Shown here: positions 40,409 to 51,436 of the stretch, one piece after another
How the letters are laid out: each line of letters begins with the position of its first letter
Position numbering within the stretch: position 1 is the stretch's first letter
NCBI GenBank assembly: GCA_028716165.1
Contig: JAQUQI010000006.1
Span: 9,401 to 73,400, forward strand
Length of the DNA: 64,000 nucleotides
DNA from: Candidatus Omnitrophota bacterium
GTDB lineage: Bacteria; Omnitrophota; Gorgyraeia; JABMRG01
Reading direction: 5' to 3'
The notes under the pieces: generated by a model
Told to the model about the DNA's origin: nothing
The model's input: the letters and a program-made list of their open reading frames with translations, nothing else
Databases searched by the model: none
Position numbers and translations under genes: made by a program

Positions 40409-43042
40409 ATGAAATACAGGGCCATTATATTATCATGCTTGTTATTTTTGGTATATACGGCCCTGTTTTTTTGTCCCGCCTGTTATCCCCAGGAGCATGA
40501 GTTTTTCTCATCCGGAGTTACGAAATACGTTTTAGCCAACGGCCTTACCGTTGTGCTTAAACCCGACAGAAAAACACCGACCTTTTCAGCGCAAGTCTAT
40601 GTGCGGGCAGGTTCGGCAACAGAAGGAAAATACGCCGGATCCGGTATAACCCATCTTATAGAGCATATGGTATTTAAAGGCACCTCTGCCATGTCTTCGC
40701 AGGAACTATTGGCCCGCGTAAAATCGTTCGGTGCCGATATAGACGCTTATACCGCTCTTGATTACACAGCCTTCAAGATGCAGGGGTCTTCCGGCAATAT
40801 AGCGGCTCTGCTTGAGATTTTTTATAATATCATATCTGACCCGTGTTTTGACGCTTCGGAATTAGAGAAAGAAAAAGAGGTCATCAGGACCGAGATGCGT
40901 TATACCAATGATGACCCTGAAAAATATCTGTCAACGCAATTTTGGCAGAAGGCTTATATGATACACCCCTACCGTAACCCTATAATCGGTTACGAAGATA
41001 TATTTGATACGATTACGAGAGATGACATTATTGGTTATTATCAGCAATTTTATGTCCCTAATAACATGGTTCTTGTCGTTGTTGGTGATTTTGAACTTGA
41101 TAATGCGCGGATGGCGGTAGAGAATAGTTTTGGAAAACTCAAACGCAGGCCGGTTGTGATAGCGCCTATTGCCACCGAACCCGCGCAGATTACCGCGCGG
41201 CTTAATAGCATAGAATACCCGGTGTCAAAGACGTTACTGCTTATCGGTTTTCATTCCGTATCCATGTCAGAACCCGATATATTTGCCCTTGATACCCTGG
41301 CTGTTATAATGGGCACGGGCAAGTCATCTTTATTGTATGAGGCATTGCATGACAGGTTAAACCTCGTATATGCCGTTGATGTCTGCAATTACACACCGTT
41401 TCATCCGGGACTTTTTTTGATAGGCGCGACACTGGAACCTGACAATGAGCAGAAGGTGATAGATGAGATATTTAACGTGCTTGAAACGGTAAAGAAAAGT
41501 CCAATCAAGAAAAAGGACATTGACAGGGCAAAAAAACAAGTTATAAGCTCTTATATATTTGGTAAACAAACCCAGTCGGGCCAGGCCGCTGATTTAGGCA
41601 CAAGCCAGCTGTTGACAGGGGACGTGGATTTTTCCGCTCATTACGTAAAAGGGGTAATGTCTGTAACGCCCGAGGACCTGGCTTATGTCGCAAATAAATA
41701 TATTAACAGGCCGAGTATGACGAAACTTAGCCTTAAGCCGGCGGGCGCGGGGCAGGATGGGGCGCGCGGCGAAAAAGCTTTGGCGCAGCTTGAGGCGAGA
41801 AAGGTTTCCATGCAGACGCTTAAAAACGGTGTCAGGCTTATTGTGGCTGAAGATAAAAGCCTGCCCATCGTTTCAATGCAGGTCTGCATGAAAGCCGGCC
41901 TATACGTGGAGCGCGAAGAAAATAACGGTATATCAAACGTTGTTTCACGCATGCTGCTAAAGGGGACTGCCGGCCGCAGCCAGGCTGATTTGTTTTTTGC
42001 CATTGAATCGGCCGGCGGGAGCCTGACATCTTACAGCGGTAATAACAGCATCGGGCTGTCTCTTGAGATTATGAAAGAGGATTTTAAAAAAGGGGTTGAC
42101 ATATTATCCGATATCATCTTAAGGCCCGCGTTTCCAAAAGACAAATTAAAGGCCCTTAAAGATGAAATCCTGGCACAGATCAGTTTAAAGAATGACGATA
42201 TCTTTTTTGCCGCCGAAAAAGCTCTAAGGCATAATCTATTTAAAGGCGGCCCTTACGGGATGGACCAGCTTGGCAGCCCCAAGTCGCTTGAAAGAATAAC
42301 ACGCAAAGAGGTGCTTAACTTTTACAGGGATTTTTGCACAGGCCCTAATATCGTGGTTGCCGTATGCGGAGACGTTAACAAAGACGAGGTTTATTCTCTT
42401 ATGGATGCGAAATTGCGGGGGGTAAATCCCAGGCCCAACTCAAGCGTGATTCAAAATCTTTTAAAGCCTATTGACAAAAAAGTTGAAGTGTCTGCCGTTA
42501 TGGACAAGGAACAGGCGGTAGTAATGACGGGTTTTAGGGTCCCCGGCATGAGAGACCCGCAAAGATACCCGCTCCAGGTGCTATCGTCGGTATTTTCAGG
42601 GCCTTCCGGCAGATTGTATAATAAGATAAGGACCCAGCAGGGCATGGCATACACGCTCGGAGTGTTCGGTATGACGGGCATGGACGTAGGTTCGTTTATA
42701 TTTTACGCCGCTTCTTTGCCGGAACATACGGATACGATAACTGAAAGCATATTCGCTCAAATAGAGTCGGTTAGCCAGGGCGATATTACCGCGGCGGAAA
42801 TAGACTCTGCGAAAAACTTATTATTGTCTCAATATCATATTGAATTACAGACGGCAGGGGCGTTCGCCCAGAAGATGGCGCTCGATGAGCTCTACGGGTT
42901 AGGATTCCAGTACTATCTGCTTTACCCCGATATCATTAATAATATCACAAGAGACGATGTTATACAATCGTCCAACCTGTATCTGGCCCCCGGCTCATGC
43001 GTGGTTTCTAAAATACTGCCGAAGAGGAGCGTGGCTGAATGA
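40409..43042 (+). CDS. Secreted tandem (two-module) M16 zinc peptidase, PqqL/insulinase-like
   Basis: 877 aa; signal peptide; inverzincin motif GITHLIEHMVFKG (HxxEH) in module 1; second M16 repeat from about residue 460. Confidence 0.85.
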   Translation: MKYRAIILSCLLFLVYTALFFCPACYPQEHEFFSSGVTKYVLANGLTVVLKPDRKTPTFSAQVYVRAGSATEGKYAGSGITHLIEHMVFKGTSAMSSQELLARVKSFGADIDAYTALDYTAFKMQGSSGNIAALLEIFYNIISDPCFDASELEKEKEVIRTEMRYTNDDPEKYLSTQFWQKAYMIHPYRNPIIGYEDIFDTITRDDIIGYYQQFYVPNNMVLVVVGDFELDNARMAVENSFGKLKRRPVVIAPIATEPAQITARLNSIEYPVSKTLLLIGFHSVSMSEPDIFALDTLAVIMGTGKSSLLYEALHDRLNLVYAVDVCNYTPFHPGLFLIGATLEPDNEQKVIDEIFNVLETVKKSPIKKKDIDRAKKQVISSYIFGKQTQSGQAADLGTSQLLTGDVDFSAHYVKGVMSVTPEDLAYVANKYINRPSMTKLSLKPAGAGQDGARGEKALAQLEARKVSMQTLKNGVRLIVAEDKSLPIVSMQVCMKAGLYVEREENNGISNVVSRMLLKGTAGRSQADLFFAIESAGGSLTSYSGNNSIGLSLEIMKEDFKKGVDILSDIILRPAFPKDKLKALKDEILAQISLKNDDIFFAAEKALRHNLFKGGPYGMDQLGSPKSLERITRKEVLNFYRDFCTGPNIVVAVCGDVNKDEVYSLMDAKLRGVNPRPNSSVIQNLLKPIDKKVEVSAVMDKEQAVVMTGFRVPGMRDPQRYPLQVLSSVFSGPSGRLYNKIRTQQGMAYTLGVFGMTGMDVGSFIFYAASLPEHTDTITESIFAQIESVSQGDITAAEIDSAKNLLLSQYHIELQTAGAFAQKMALDELYGLGFQYYLLYPDIINNITRDDVIQSSNLYLAPGSCVVSKILPKRSVAE

Positions 43043-43854
43043 ACAGGCAGCCTGTTGCGGCAGGCAGGTTTTATCCGGCTGATAAAAAAGGCATAGAGAT
43101 TTTCCTGTCCGGGACAGGGCCAATTTCCAAAAGTAAAAAAGACGCGCTGGCAATAGTTTCTCCCCATGCCGGTTATATATATTCAGGCGCGATAGCAGTG
43201 CAAACTATTTCCGGTATTCGTATTGCCGATACGGTTGTAATCATAGGCCCGAATCATGCCGCTATCGGCAGTCCCTTTGCCGTTTACGGAAGCGGTAAAT
43301 GGCATACACCGTTGGGTGATATAGCTGTTGACGAGAAGATGTCTTGTGCCATATGCCGGGCCTGCGGTTTGATAATGGATGACAAGACGGCCCATTGCCG
43401 CGAGCATTCCATAGAGGTACAGCTTCCAATACTGCAGTATTTCAGGCGTGATTTCAAGATAGTGCCTATTATCCTGCAAGGCGGCAGTCTCGGGCAATGC
43501 AGACAAATCGCTGAAGCTATAGTAAACGCGAAAGAGAAAACCGGCACGGATATATTGATAATAGCAAGCAGTGACATGACACATTACGAGTCCTATGACA
43601 CCGCCGCCAGAAAGGATGGTATCGCGATAGAGGCCATGTTAAAGCTTGACGAAAACCTGCTTTATGAATCGGTATGCCGTTATGATATAAGTATGTGCGG
43701 TTGTCCAGGAGTTGCCGTAGCTTTATCCGCGGCCAAAAAGATGGGCGCTAATTTAGCAAGGCTTATAAGGTATGCCACAAGCGCAGACGCCACGGGCGAT
43801 TATGACAGCGTTGTCGGTTATGCCGGCGTGGTAGTGGAGAAGGTGTCCGTATGA
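43039..43854 (+). CDS. MEMO1-family protein (AmmeMemoRadiSam system protein B family)
   Basis: MNRQPVAAGRFYPADKK...ALAIVSPHAGYIYSGAIA...IIGPNHAA typical of the MEMO N-terminus; ATGA overlap with the M16 peptidase. Confidence 0.8.
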   Translation: MNRQPVAAGRFYPADKKGIEIFLSGTGPISKSKKDALAIVSPHAGYIYSGAIAVQTISGIRIADTVVIIGPNHAAIGSPFAVYGSGKWHTPLGDIAVDEKMSCAICRACGLIMDDKTAHCREHSIEVQLPILQYFRRDFKIVPIILQGGSLGQCRQIAEAIVNAKEKTGTDILIIASSDMTHYESYDTAARKDGIAIEAMLKLDENLLYESVCRYDISMCGCPGVAVALSAAKKMGANLARLIRYATSADATGDYDSVVGYAGVVVEKVSV

Positions 43855-44639
43855 ATAAAGCAAAGACAGCCCTTGTGCTGGGCGGAGGCGCGGCAAGGGG
43901 GATAGCGCATATAGGTGTTTTAAAAACTTTAAGGCGTTACAATATACCCTTTGATATAGTAGCCGGCACGAGTATAGGTTCTCTCATGGGCGCCATATAC
44001 GCGCTGGATCTACCCTTTGACGCGGTGGAAGAGGCCGCTCTCAAGACAACATGGAAGGACTTAAGCGACTTCGCTCTTTCCAAAACAGGCTTTCTTGAGG
44101 GCAGAAGCCTTGAGCGTATAATAGAAAAACTTTTAGACGGGAAGAGCTTCCCTGACGTCAAGAAAGAGTTTGCGGTGATAGCTACCGACATTGAAAACGG
44201 CGATGAAGTAATAATAAGATCCGGGAATCTTGTCAGGGCCATAAGGGCAAGTTGTTCGGTACCGGGAGTGTTTATCCCGGCGCGTGTCAACGGAAGGCTT
44301 CTTGTTGACGGCGGATTGAGAAATACCGTGCCTTCAGAGGTTGCCAGGGCTATGGGCGCTGATTTTATTGTTGCCGTTGATGTCGGCTATTGCGTCAGAA
44401 AAGGCAGGATCACGAATATATTCCAGGTGCTTTTCCAGTCAATACAAATCATCGGCAGCGAATTAAACAGGCACGAGACCATGTCTGCCGATGTGGTTAT
44501 CCGTGTTGACCTTGGGGAGGATATAGACCAGATGGCTTTTGATAAGGCCGCGTACATTATATCGGAAGGAGAAAAAGCGGCCGAGGCCGCCGTGCCCGAT
44601 ATCTTAGGCTTGATGAAAAAACGCGGTTACGCCTGTTAA
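43851..44639 (+). CDS. Patatin-like phospholipase
   Basis: LVLGGGAARGIAHIGVLKTL oxyanion motif; GTSIGS (GxSxG) nucleophile elbow; catalytic LVDGGLRNTVP (DGG); ATGA overlap with the MEMO1 gene. Confidence 0.85.
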   Translation: MNKAKTALVLGGGAARGIAHIGVLKTLRRYNIPFDIVAGTSIGSLMGAIYALDLPFDAVEEAALKTTWKDLSDFALSKTGFLEGRSLERIIEKLLDGKSFPDVKKEFAVIATDIENGDEVIIRSGNLVRAIRASCSVPGVFIPARVNGRLLVDGGLRNTVPSEVARAMGADFIVAVDVGYCVRKGRITNIFQVLFQSIQIIGSELNRHETMSADVVIRVDLGEDIDQMAFDKAAYIISEGEKAAEAAVPDILGLMKKRGYAC

Positions 44640-44685
44640 GGCGTTTTTTGATAGTATAGATTTAACCTTAAAAAGGACATTTACC

Positions 44686-44985
44686 ATGGATAAAACGGGA
44701 CAGGATATGCAGGATTTTTTAAAAGATAAAGGCGAGGATTTTGTATTCTTTATAACAGGCCTCGGCATGCAGGTATTGATAGCCCTGGGGCACATACCTA
44801 ATCCGGCGGATAACAAGAAAGAGCAAAACCTCACTCATGCAAAATATATGATTGATACGCTTGATATGATCAGCCGTAAGACAAAGAACAATCTTGACGC
44901 TAACGAAGGCAAGGTTTTAGCCGATATGCTTTGCAATCTAAGGATGCAGTATGTGGAAGCGTCCGGAAAAGGGCCTTTGAAATGA
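44686..44985 (+). CDS. DUF1844-family small protein
   Basis: FFITGLGMQVLIALGHIPNP...AKYMIDTLDMISRKTKNNLDANEGKVLADMLCNLRMQYVEA fits the DUF1844 consensus as recalled. Confidence 0.6.
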   Translation: MDKTGQDMQDFLKDKGEDFVFFITGLGMQVLIALGHIPNPADNKKEQNLTHAKYMIDTLDMISRKTKNNLDANEGKVLADMLCNLRMQYVEASGKGPLK

Positions 44986-46022
44986 ATATGATACTCGCGG
45001 CGATCGCGCTGTTGTCCGTTTTGGGCATTGCCGTTATGGGCATTGTCTTGTACAGGGTTTCAGCGGCAGGGAAAAAGGATAATTTTTGGCATGAAGGCTT
45101 AAGCCTTGTTTCGGATGTGGGCGCTTTAAAATCATTGATAGCTACCATTGAAAACAACCAGAAAATGCATCAGCAGACCGTGCAGGAACTCAAGGATTCG
45201 GTCAGGGATGATTGCAAAACGTCAGATTCCATATACCGCAATCTTGAGGCCACTTCACGCGCCGTTGATATTATTAGACAGCAGTATGAGGAGTCTAAAA
45301 AAAGGGAGGTTGAAAATTTTCAATCCCTGAAGAGGCTTGAAGGTATTATCGCAGGTTCCAAGCAAAAAGGTATTGCCGGTGAAAACATTCTAAGGCAGAC
45401 CCTTGGCGTGTTCCCGCCCGATATGATAAAATCCAATTTCAAAATTAAAGGCAAGGAGGTTGAGTTCGGTCTCGTATTATCTGATAAAAAGGTCATGCCC
45501 ATAGACTCAAAGTGGCCTTCCACCGAATTACTTGAAGCTGTTTCAAATGAACAGGACCCCTCCAGACTTGAAAGGCTTATGCATCAGGCGCAGAAAGAGG
45601 TGGGCAGAAGGGTGGCGGAAATCAGCCAGTACCTTGACCCGAACATCACTACGCCATGGGCCATAGGCGCGATACCTGATTCAATGTATTCTCTTTGCAG
45701 GCAGGCGCACATTGACGCCTATTCAAAAAATGTTATATTGATTTCATATAGCATGCTTTTGCCGTATATACTCATGTTTTTCAGCCTGCATCTTCAGTAT
45801 GCCTCTTCCGTGGACGCGGAACACCTTACTCATTATCTTATTGATATCAAAAGAAATATTGAACAGATGGCCGGTATACTTGAAAACAGGATAGAAAGGG
45901 CAAGGGCCCTGCTATCAAGCGCTTCCGACGAATACCGCCAAATACTCGGCTCTCTCAAGGGCTCGGTTTCGCTGTTGGAAACGCAGAAACCGCGTACGCG
46001 GCAGGTGCCTGAATGCAAATGA
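44982..46022 (+). CDS. rmuC: DNA recombination protein RmuC homologue
   Basis: N-terminal TM, coiled coil, then RmuC domain KGIAGENILRQTLGVFPPDMIKSNFKIKGKEVEFGLVLSDKKVMPIDSKWP; ATGA overlap with the DUF1844 gene. Confidence 0.7.
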   Translation: MNMILAAIALLSVLGIAVMGIVLYRVSAAGKKDNFWHEGLSLVSDVGALKSLIATIENNQKMHQQTVQELKDSVRDDCKTSDSIYRNLEATSRAVDIIRQQYEESKKREVENFQSLKRLEGIIAGSKQKGIAGENILRQTLGVFPPDMIKSNFKIKGKEVEFGLVLSDKKVMPIDSKWPSTELLEAVSNEQDPSRLERLMHQAQKEVGRRVAEISQYLDPNITTPWAIGAIPDSMYSLCRQAHIDAYSKNVILISYSMLLPYILMFFSLHLQYASSVDAEHLTHYLIDIKRNIEQMAGILENRIERARALLSSASDEYRQILGSLKGSVSLLETQKPRTRQVPECK

Positions 46023-46160
46023 CAGGATATAACGGCAGGGCTGTAAAAAAGGCGCTGCTTGTGTTTTTTTTAAAGACTCTTAGGTAAACTGTCCCACCGC
46101 TGTGTTGCCACGGTTGTATTTTCTTTACTTTAAAGCCTCTATTTGCTATACTATTAATTT

Positions 46161-47132
46161 GTGAAAACCAGATTCCTTAATCTCTTGCGTATGTTCGTAA
46201 GCCTTTCCCTGTTAGGCCTGCTGTTTTGGTTCATGCGTCGGGGTTTATCGGATATGTATGCCGCTATAATTGGCGCGGACAAGGTCATGATCTGTTGTGC
46301 CATGCTGCTTTTTCTTGTCACGGCGTATCTTATAGCCTTAAGGCTCAAGGTCGTGGTATCCGCGCAGTCAATAAGTATCAGCGCGAAGGAAGCGGCCTGC
46401 CTGACATTTGCCGGTTATTTTTTCAATAATTTCCTGCCCACCTCGTTTGGAGGCGATGTTTTTAAGGCCTATTATATCGGAAAAAAAACCGGTATGAAGA
46501 CAGCGGCCCTGGCAGGAGTCTTTATGGACAGGATCCTGGCGATGATACCGTTTACGCTTATACCGGTAGTCACAATAACTTTTTTTAACCATAGGATATC
46601 CGCCCGTCCGGTCATTGCCGCCGTTTATTTGATATTTCTGACGAGCGCGGTATTTGTCTGGATGCTATTATGCAGAAAGGCGGCCAGATACGTGTCGTTT
46701 ATATTGTCGCCGTTTAGGCAAACATACTGGTATGACAAAGTAAAGAGCGGGTATGATTTTTTAAATATCTATTCTAACCGCAAGACGATACTTTTGCATA
46801 GTCTCGCCTTGTCAATCGTAGTGCAGGTATTATCGGTGATAGCGACATATGTTCTGGCCAGAGCCCTTGGCATACACGATGCGGGTATGGGAGTATTTTT
46901 TATCGTTGTTCCAATTGTAGGCATATTGACATTGATACCATCTTTAAACGGCCTGGGAGTGCGTGAGGGCGGTTATGTTTATCTTCTTAGCCCTTATATG
47001 TCCGCTGAAAAAGCCCTGGCCCTGTCTATCCTCGTGCTTGCCTCACTATTGATGTACAGCCTTATAGGGGGCCTGATATACGGGTTTCAGAGGAAGGTAT
47101 TTTCAGCAGATACTGCGCGCCCGGCGCAGTGA
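46161..47132 (+). CDS. UPF0104 / LPG-synthase-TM (flippase-like) family integral membrane protein (GTG start)
   Basis: 323 aa, about 8 TM segments; FNNFLPTSFGGDVFKAYY motif typical of TIGR00374. Confidence 0.6.
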   Translation: MKTRFLNLLRMFVSLSLLGLLFWFMRRGLSDMYAAIIGADKVMICCAMLLFLVTAYLIALRLKVVVSAQSISISAKEAACLTFAGYFFNNFLPTSFGGDVFKAYYIGKKTGMKTAALAGVFMDRILAMIPFTLIPVVTITFFNHRISARPVIAAVYLIFLTSAVFVWMLLCRKAARYVSFILSPFRQTYWYDKVKSGYDFLNIYSNRKTILLHSLALSIVVQVLSVIATYVLARALGIHDAGMGVFFIVVPIVGILTLIPSLNGLGVREGGYVYLLSPYMSAEKALALSILVLASLLMYSLIGGLIYGFQRKVFSADTARPAQ

Positions 47133-47185
47133 TATTTGGCTGGTAAATAAAAAAACAGGATAACAGCTGATAGGAGATGATTTTT

Positions 47186-47620
47186 ATGAAAAAGATACTG
47201 GTGATTAATGGGCCGAACCTGAATCTATTGGGTGACAGAGAAAGGTCCGTTTATGGACAGATGAGCCTTGAACAGATAAACCAGTTATTACGCGAAAAAG
47301 CCCAGGCGCTGGGAGTAGCGGTTGATTTTTTTCAGTCTAATCACGAAGGAGAGCTTGTCCAGAAGATACAGGACGCCAAGGCCTCGGATTTTGGAGCCAT
47401 AATCATAAATCCCGCCGCTTATACGCATACAAGTGTGGCCATTAGAGACGCGGTAAGCGCTGTTGATATGCCGGTCGTGGAGGTGCATATATCAAATATT
47501 TACGCGCGCGAAGAATTTAGGCATAAGTCTGTAATAGCCCCCGTCGCGTCAGGCCAGATATCTGGATTCGGGGTAAATAGTTATATTCTTGGTTTAGAGG
47601 CCGCCGCGGGCCTTATTTAG
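47186..47620 (+). CDS. aroQ: 3-dehydroquinate dehydratase, type II
   Basis: [24 protein letters not shown]...[18 protein letters not shown]...[13 protein letters not shown]. Confidence 0.92.
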   Translation: MKKILVINGPNLNLLGDRERSVYGQMSLEQINQLLREKAQALGVAVDFFQSNHEGELVQKIQDAKASDFGAIIINPAAYTHTSVAIRDAVSAVDMPVVEVHISNIYAREEFRHKSVIAPVASGQISGFGVNSYILGLEAAAGLI

Positions 47621-47764
47621 ATAAGGTATTTTGTTGAAGAAATCCGTAAAAGACAACCGGCCCGCGCCTCGCGTAAACCTGGTTTTAATGTTACGTTTGC
47701 AAGAAACTACGTCTTAATTTATGGTAACGGCATATCTTGCCTCAAGAAATACCGGCATACAATT

Positions 47765-48805
47765 ATGATTAACAGATTAGATAAAGTCAGACGAGCGATG
47801 AAACGCCTCGGCCTGGACGCTTTGCTTGTTTCAAATCCGGCCAATATTTTTTATCTAAGCGGATTTGAAGGATGCGATTCGCTTCTTGTTTTGACTCTTT
47901 CCGATTGCTATATTCTTACTGATTTCAGGTATGCGGAAGAGGCTTTCGCCGCTGCAAAAGGCTTTTTGATAATATCAGAGGGCCCGAGTATCTATGAAAA
48001 ATTCGCTTATGTTATTAAAAAGTCAAAAGCCGGCAGGGTGGGATTTGAACCCCATTATATGCCGGTAAGGGATAGCGAACTGCTTGGCTGTGCTTCCTGC
48101 CTTGAGTTGCGCAAGACCTCGTATATTATTGAAAGATTACGGGCGGTTAAAGATGCCCATGAGATAGCGGCTATAAAGCGTTCAGCGTCTATAGCCAGGA
48201 AAACGCTTGAATTAATTTCCAGCCAGATAATACCCGGCAGGGGTGAAAGGCAGACGGCGGGACGGGTTAATTATTATATGTCAAGGTTTGGGGCCGATAT
48301 GCCGTCATTTAACACCATTGTCTTATCTGGGCCAAATTCAAGCCTGCCTCATGGCAGGCCTTCGGACAGGGTGTTTGAGGTATCAGACATGATAATGGTT
48401 GACTTTGGCGCTAGGGCGAAAGGCTATAGTTCTGACTTGACAAGAATGTTCTTTGTGGGTAAAATATCCAAATCTGTTAATACTATATATAATATAGTGA
48501 AAACAGCCCAGTTAAAGGCCATAGAGAAGATCAGGCCGGGCGTAAAGATATCAGATATTGATAAGGCGGCCAGGTCGTATATCGCCGGTAAGGGTTTTGA
48601 AAAATATTTTGGCCACGCAACCGGGCATGGAATAGGCATAGATGTTCACGAATTGCCCCGTATAAGTTCTAAGAATAACTCAAGATTGGCGCAGGGTATG
48701 GTATTTTCAATAGAACCGGGCATTTATCTGCCAGGCAGGTTTGGCATCAGGATAGAGGACATGGTCATGGTAACCGGCGCGGGGTGCGAGGTTTTGACGC
48801 GATAG
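47765..48805 (+). CDS. pepP: Xaa-Pro aminopeptidase / M24B family peptidase
   Basis: Creatinase-like N-domain; M24 metal ligands MVDFGA...GYSSDLTR...HGIGIDVHE...FSIEPG...IRIEDMV. Confidence 0.85.
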   Translation: MINRLDKVRRAMKRLGLDALLVSNPANIFYLSGFEGCDSLLVLTLSDCYILTDFRYAEEAFAAAKGFLIISEGPSIYEKFAYVIKKSKAGRVGFEPHYMPVRDSELLGCASCLELRKTSYIIERLRAVKDAHEIAAIKRSASIARKTLELISSQIIPGRGERQTAGRVNYYMSRFGADMPSFNTIVLSGPNSSLPHGRPSDRVFEVSDMIMVDFGARAKGYSSDLTRMFFVGKISKSVNTIYNIVKTAQLKAIEKIRPGVKISDIDKAARSYIAGKGFEKYFGHATGHGIGIDVHELPRISSKNNSRLAQGMVFSIEPGIYLPGRFGIRIEDMVMVTGAGCEVLTR

Positions 48806-48846
48806 GGCTTTAGTTGTTAATATGTAAGAGGAGGTTTTGGCGGGAT

Positions 48847-49404
48847 ATGATTGATACGAGTGATTTTAAAAACGGCATAGCGATAATATTAGACGGCGCG
48901 CTTTATCAGATTATTGAGTTTCAGCATATAAAACCCGGTAAGGGAGGGGCTTTCGTAAGAACAAGGCTTAAAAACCTGCGCACAAAAGCGGTGCTGGAGA
49001 GAACGTTCAGGGCCGGGGAAAAAGTCCAGGACGCCTGGATTACAGCCAAAAAAATACAGTTTACTTATAAAAACGGTAACCTGTATTTTTTTATGGGCAG
49101 CGAAGATTACGAAGAGGTCTCTATACCCGGTGAAGTTTTGGGTGATAATAGTAAATTTTTAAAAGAAGGGCTTGAAATTAATTCTTTATGGCATAACGAC
49201 CAGATTGTTGACGCGATATTGCCTGCCGCGGTTGTATTTAAGATTGAGCATACCGAACCCGGCATAAAAGGCGATACGGCAAAGTCAGCTTTCAAGCCGG
49301 CTACTATAGAGACAGGCGCAACGGTCCAGGTGCCTCTTTTTGTCAACCAGGGCGACAGCATAAAAGTAGATACGAGGACAGGCGAGTATCTGGAAAGAGC
49401 GTAG
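48847..49404 (+). CDS. efp: Elongation factor P
   Basis: FKNGIAIILDGALYQIIEFQHIKPGKGGAFVRTRLKNL with the conserved KPGKG loop; C-terminal GATVQVPLFVNQGDSIKVDTRTGEYLERA. Confidence 0.93.
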   Translation: MIDTSDFKNGIAIILDGALYQIIEFQHIKPGKGGAFVRTRLKNLRTKAVLERTFRAGEKVQDAWITAKKIQFTYKNGNLYFFMGSEDYEEVSIPGEVLGDNSKFLKEGLEINSLWHNDQIVDAILPAAVVFKIEHTEPGIKGDTAKSAFKPATIETGATVQVPLFVNQGDSIKVDTRTGEYLERA

Positions 49405-49500
49405 CCTTGCCGTGACGTAAAAATTTTACCATGGTTTTAGCGTGATTTTTGCAAACCAGTTAGAAGCCTCTGCCGGTTTTAAAAAAAATCAGGAGATCAT

Positions 49501-49956
49501 ATGAATTTAAAAGAAATCAAGGAAATTATAGGCTTGATGGAGGAACACGGCCTGGCCGAAATAGAGATAGAGAAAGGGGATCAAAAGATAAAATTGCGCA
49601 AGACCCTTAAGCCTGAATTGTTCATGGCGGCGCAACAAAGCCCTGTGGCAGCGGGTCCCGCCAGGGCCAATGAGCCTTCCGGGCAGGAATATCTTCAGGA
49701 AAAAAAGAGCGCAAATGTTATTGAGATAAAGGCCCCGATAGTGGGCACGTTTTACCGCGCCCCGTCGCCTGACGCGGCCCCGTTTGTTGAGGTAGGCCAG
49801 GAGATAGAGGTAGGCCAGGTCGTATGCATAATTGAAGCCATGAAGCTTATGAATGAGATAAAGTCCGAAGTAAAAGGCAAGGTGGTGGATGTGCTGGTTG
49901 AGAATGCCGATCCGATTGAATTCGGACAGATACTGATGCTGATAGAACCATCTTAA
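49501..49956 (+). CDS. accB: Biotin carboxyl carrier protein of acetyl-CoA carboxylase
   Basis: Biotinylation motif EAMKLMNEI; Pro/Ala-rich linker; 151 aa. Confidence 0.9.
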   Translation: MNLKEIKEIIGLMEEHGLAEIEIEKGDQKIKLRKTLKPELFMAAQQSPVAAGPARANEPSGQEYLQEKKSANVIEIKAPIVGTFYRAPSPDAAPFVEVGQEIEVGQVVCIIEAMKLMNEIKSEVKGKVVDVLVENADPIEFGQILMLIEPS

Positions 49957-49960
49957 AATT

Positions 49961-51313
49961 ATGTTTTCAAAAATATTGATTGCCAATAGAGGCGAGATCG
50001 CCTTACGAATTATACGCGCGTGCAAAGAGCTCGGTATCAGAACGGTTGCCGTTTATTCCGAAGCTGATATTAATTCTCTTCACGTCAAATTCGCGGATGA
50101 GGCCATATGTATCGGCAGCGCCGTGTCCTCAAAATCCTATCTGAACATCCCTTCAATAATAAGCGCCGCGGAAATCACGGATGTTGAAGCCATACACCCG
50201 GGATATGGATTTTTAGCCGAAAATCCTCATTTTGCCGAGGTGTGTGAATCGTGCCAGATCAAATTTATAGGTCCCAGGCCTGAAAGCATGAAACTTCTCG
50301 GAGATAAAATGGCGGCCAAGGTTGCCATGAAAAAGGCGGGCATACCGATTATTCCCGGCAGTAAAGGGGTGGTAAAATCAAAAGATGAAGCGTTGAAAAT
50401 TGCCAAGGACATGAAATACCCCGTTATAATTAAGGCGAGCGCCGGCGGCGGGGGCAAGGGTATGAGGGTAGCGCACAGCGATATAAGGCTGGCAAGCGCT
50501 TTTTTTATGGCCCAGTCGGAAGCGGAGGCCGCGTTCGGGATACCTGATGTTTATATTGAAAAGTGCATAGAAAACCCGAGGCACATAGAATTCCAGATAC
50601 TTGCTGACGGATACGACCATGTTGTTCATCTCGGTGAAAGGGACTGCACCATACAGAGACGCCATCAAAAGCTTATTGAGGAATCCCCTTCCGCGTCGTT
50701 GGACTCTAAATTGAGGAAAAAGATCGGAGACATGGCTGTCAAAGGGGCCAAGTCGGTCGGTTACATGAATGCGGGAACGATGGAATTCCTGCTTGATAAA
50801 CATGATAATTTTTATTTTATGGAGATGAATGCCCGCATTCAGGTGGAACACCCCGTCACGGAGATGACCACGGGTATAGATCTTATCAAGGAGCAGATAA
50901 GGATTGCCGCGGGCGAAAAATTAGGCTACGACCAGTCAGATATAAGGATTGAAGGCCACGCGATAGAGTGCAGAATAAACGCGGAAGACCCTGATAATAA
51001 TTTTATGCCTTCGCCCGGCAAGATTGAAAGGTTCCACGTTCCCGGCGGAAAAGGGGTCAGGGTAGACAGCCATATATATACGGACTATGTGATACCTCCT
51101 TTTTACGATTCCATGATTGCCAAAATAATAGCATACGGCAAGACGCGTAACGATGCCATCTATATAATGCAAAGGGCCCTTGATGAATTTTCCATAGCTC
51201 CGTTGAAGACAACCATCCCATTCCATAGAAAGGTAATGTCTGACGATGCCTTTCTCCGGGGAAGGATAGATACGAGCTATGTTGAAAAGCTTTTAGGCGA
51301 AAACGAAAGTTAA
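49961..51313 (+). CDS. accC: Biotin carboxylase
   Basis: [26 protein letters not shown]...[17 protein letters not shown]...[15 protein letters not shown]. Confidence 0.95.
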   Translation: MFSKILIANRGEIALRIIRACKELGIRTVAVYSEADINSLHVKFADEAICIGSAVSSKSYLNIPSIISAAEITDVEAIHPGYGFLAENPHFAEVCESCQIKFIGPRPESMKLLGDKMAAKVAMKKAGIPIIPGSKGVVKSKDEALKIAKDMKYPVIIKASAGGGGKGMRVAHSDIRLASAFFMAQSEAEAAFGIPDVYIEKCIENPRHIEFQILADGYDHVVHLGERDCTIQRRHQKLIEESPSASLDSKLRKKIGDMAVKGAKSVGYMNAGTMEFLLDKHDNFYFMEMNARIQVEHPVTEMTTGIDLIKEQIRIAAGEKLGYDQSDIRIEGHAIECRINAEDPDNNFMPSPGKIERFHVPGGKGVRVDSHIYTDYVIPPFYDSMIAKIIAYGKTRNDAIYIMQRALDEFSIAPLKTTIPFHRKVMSDDAFLRGRIDTSYVEKLLGENES

Positions 51314-51436
51314 TAACAACGTAAAGCGCGGGCTTGCCAGACTGGGCCTGTATAGCGGTATATTATACCGCGCGCGTTTCAAACGCGGCAGTCCATAAGG
51401 ACCGGTACCGGACGCAAAAACAAAGGAGCGACGAGA

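Noticed and set aside
49507-50025. 172-aa minus-strand ORF opposite accB
   Set aside because: Shadow of accB. The translation is low-complexity (Tyr/Leu-rich) with no recognisable domain.
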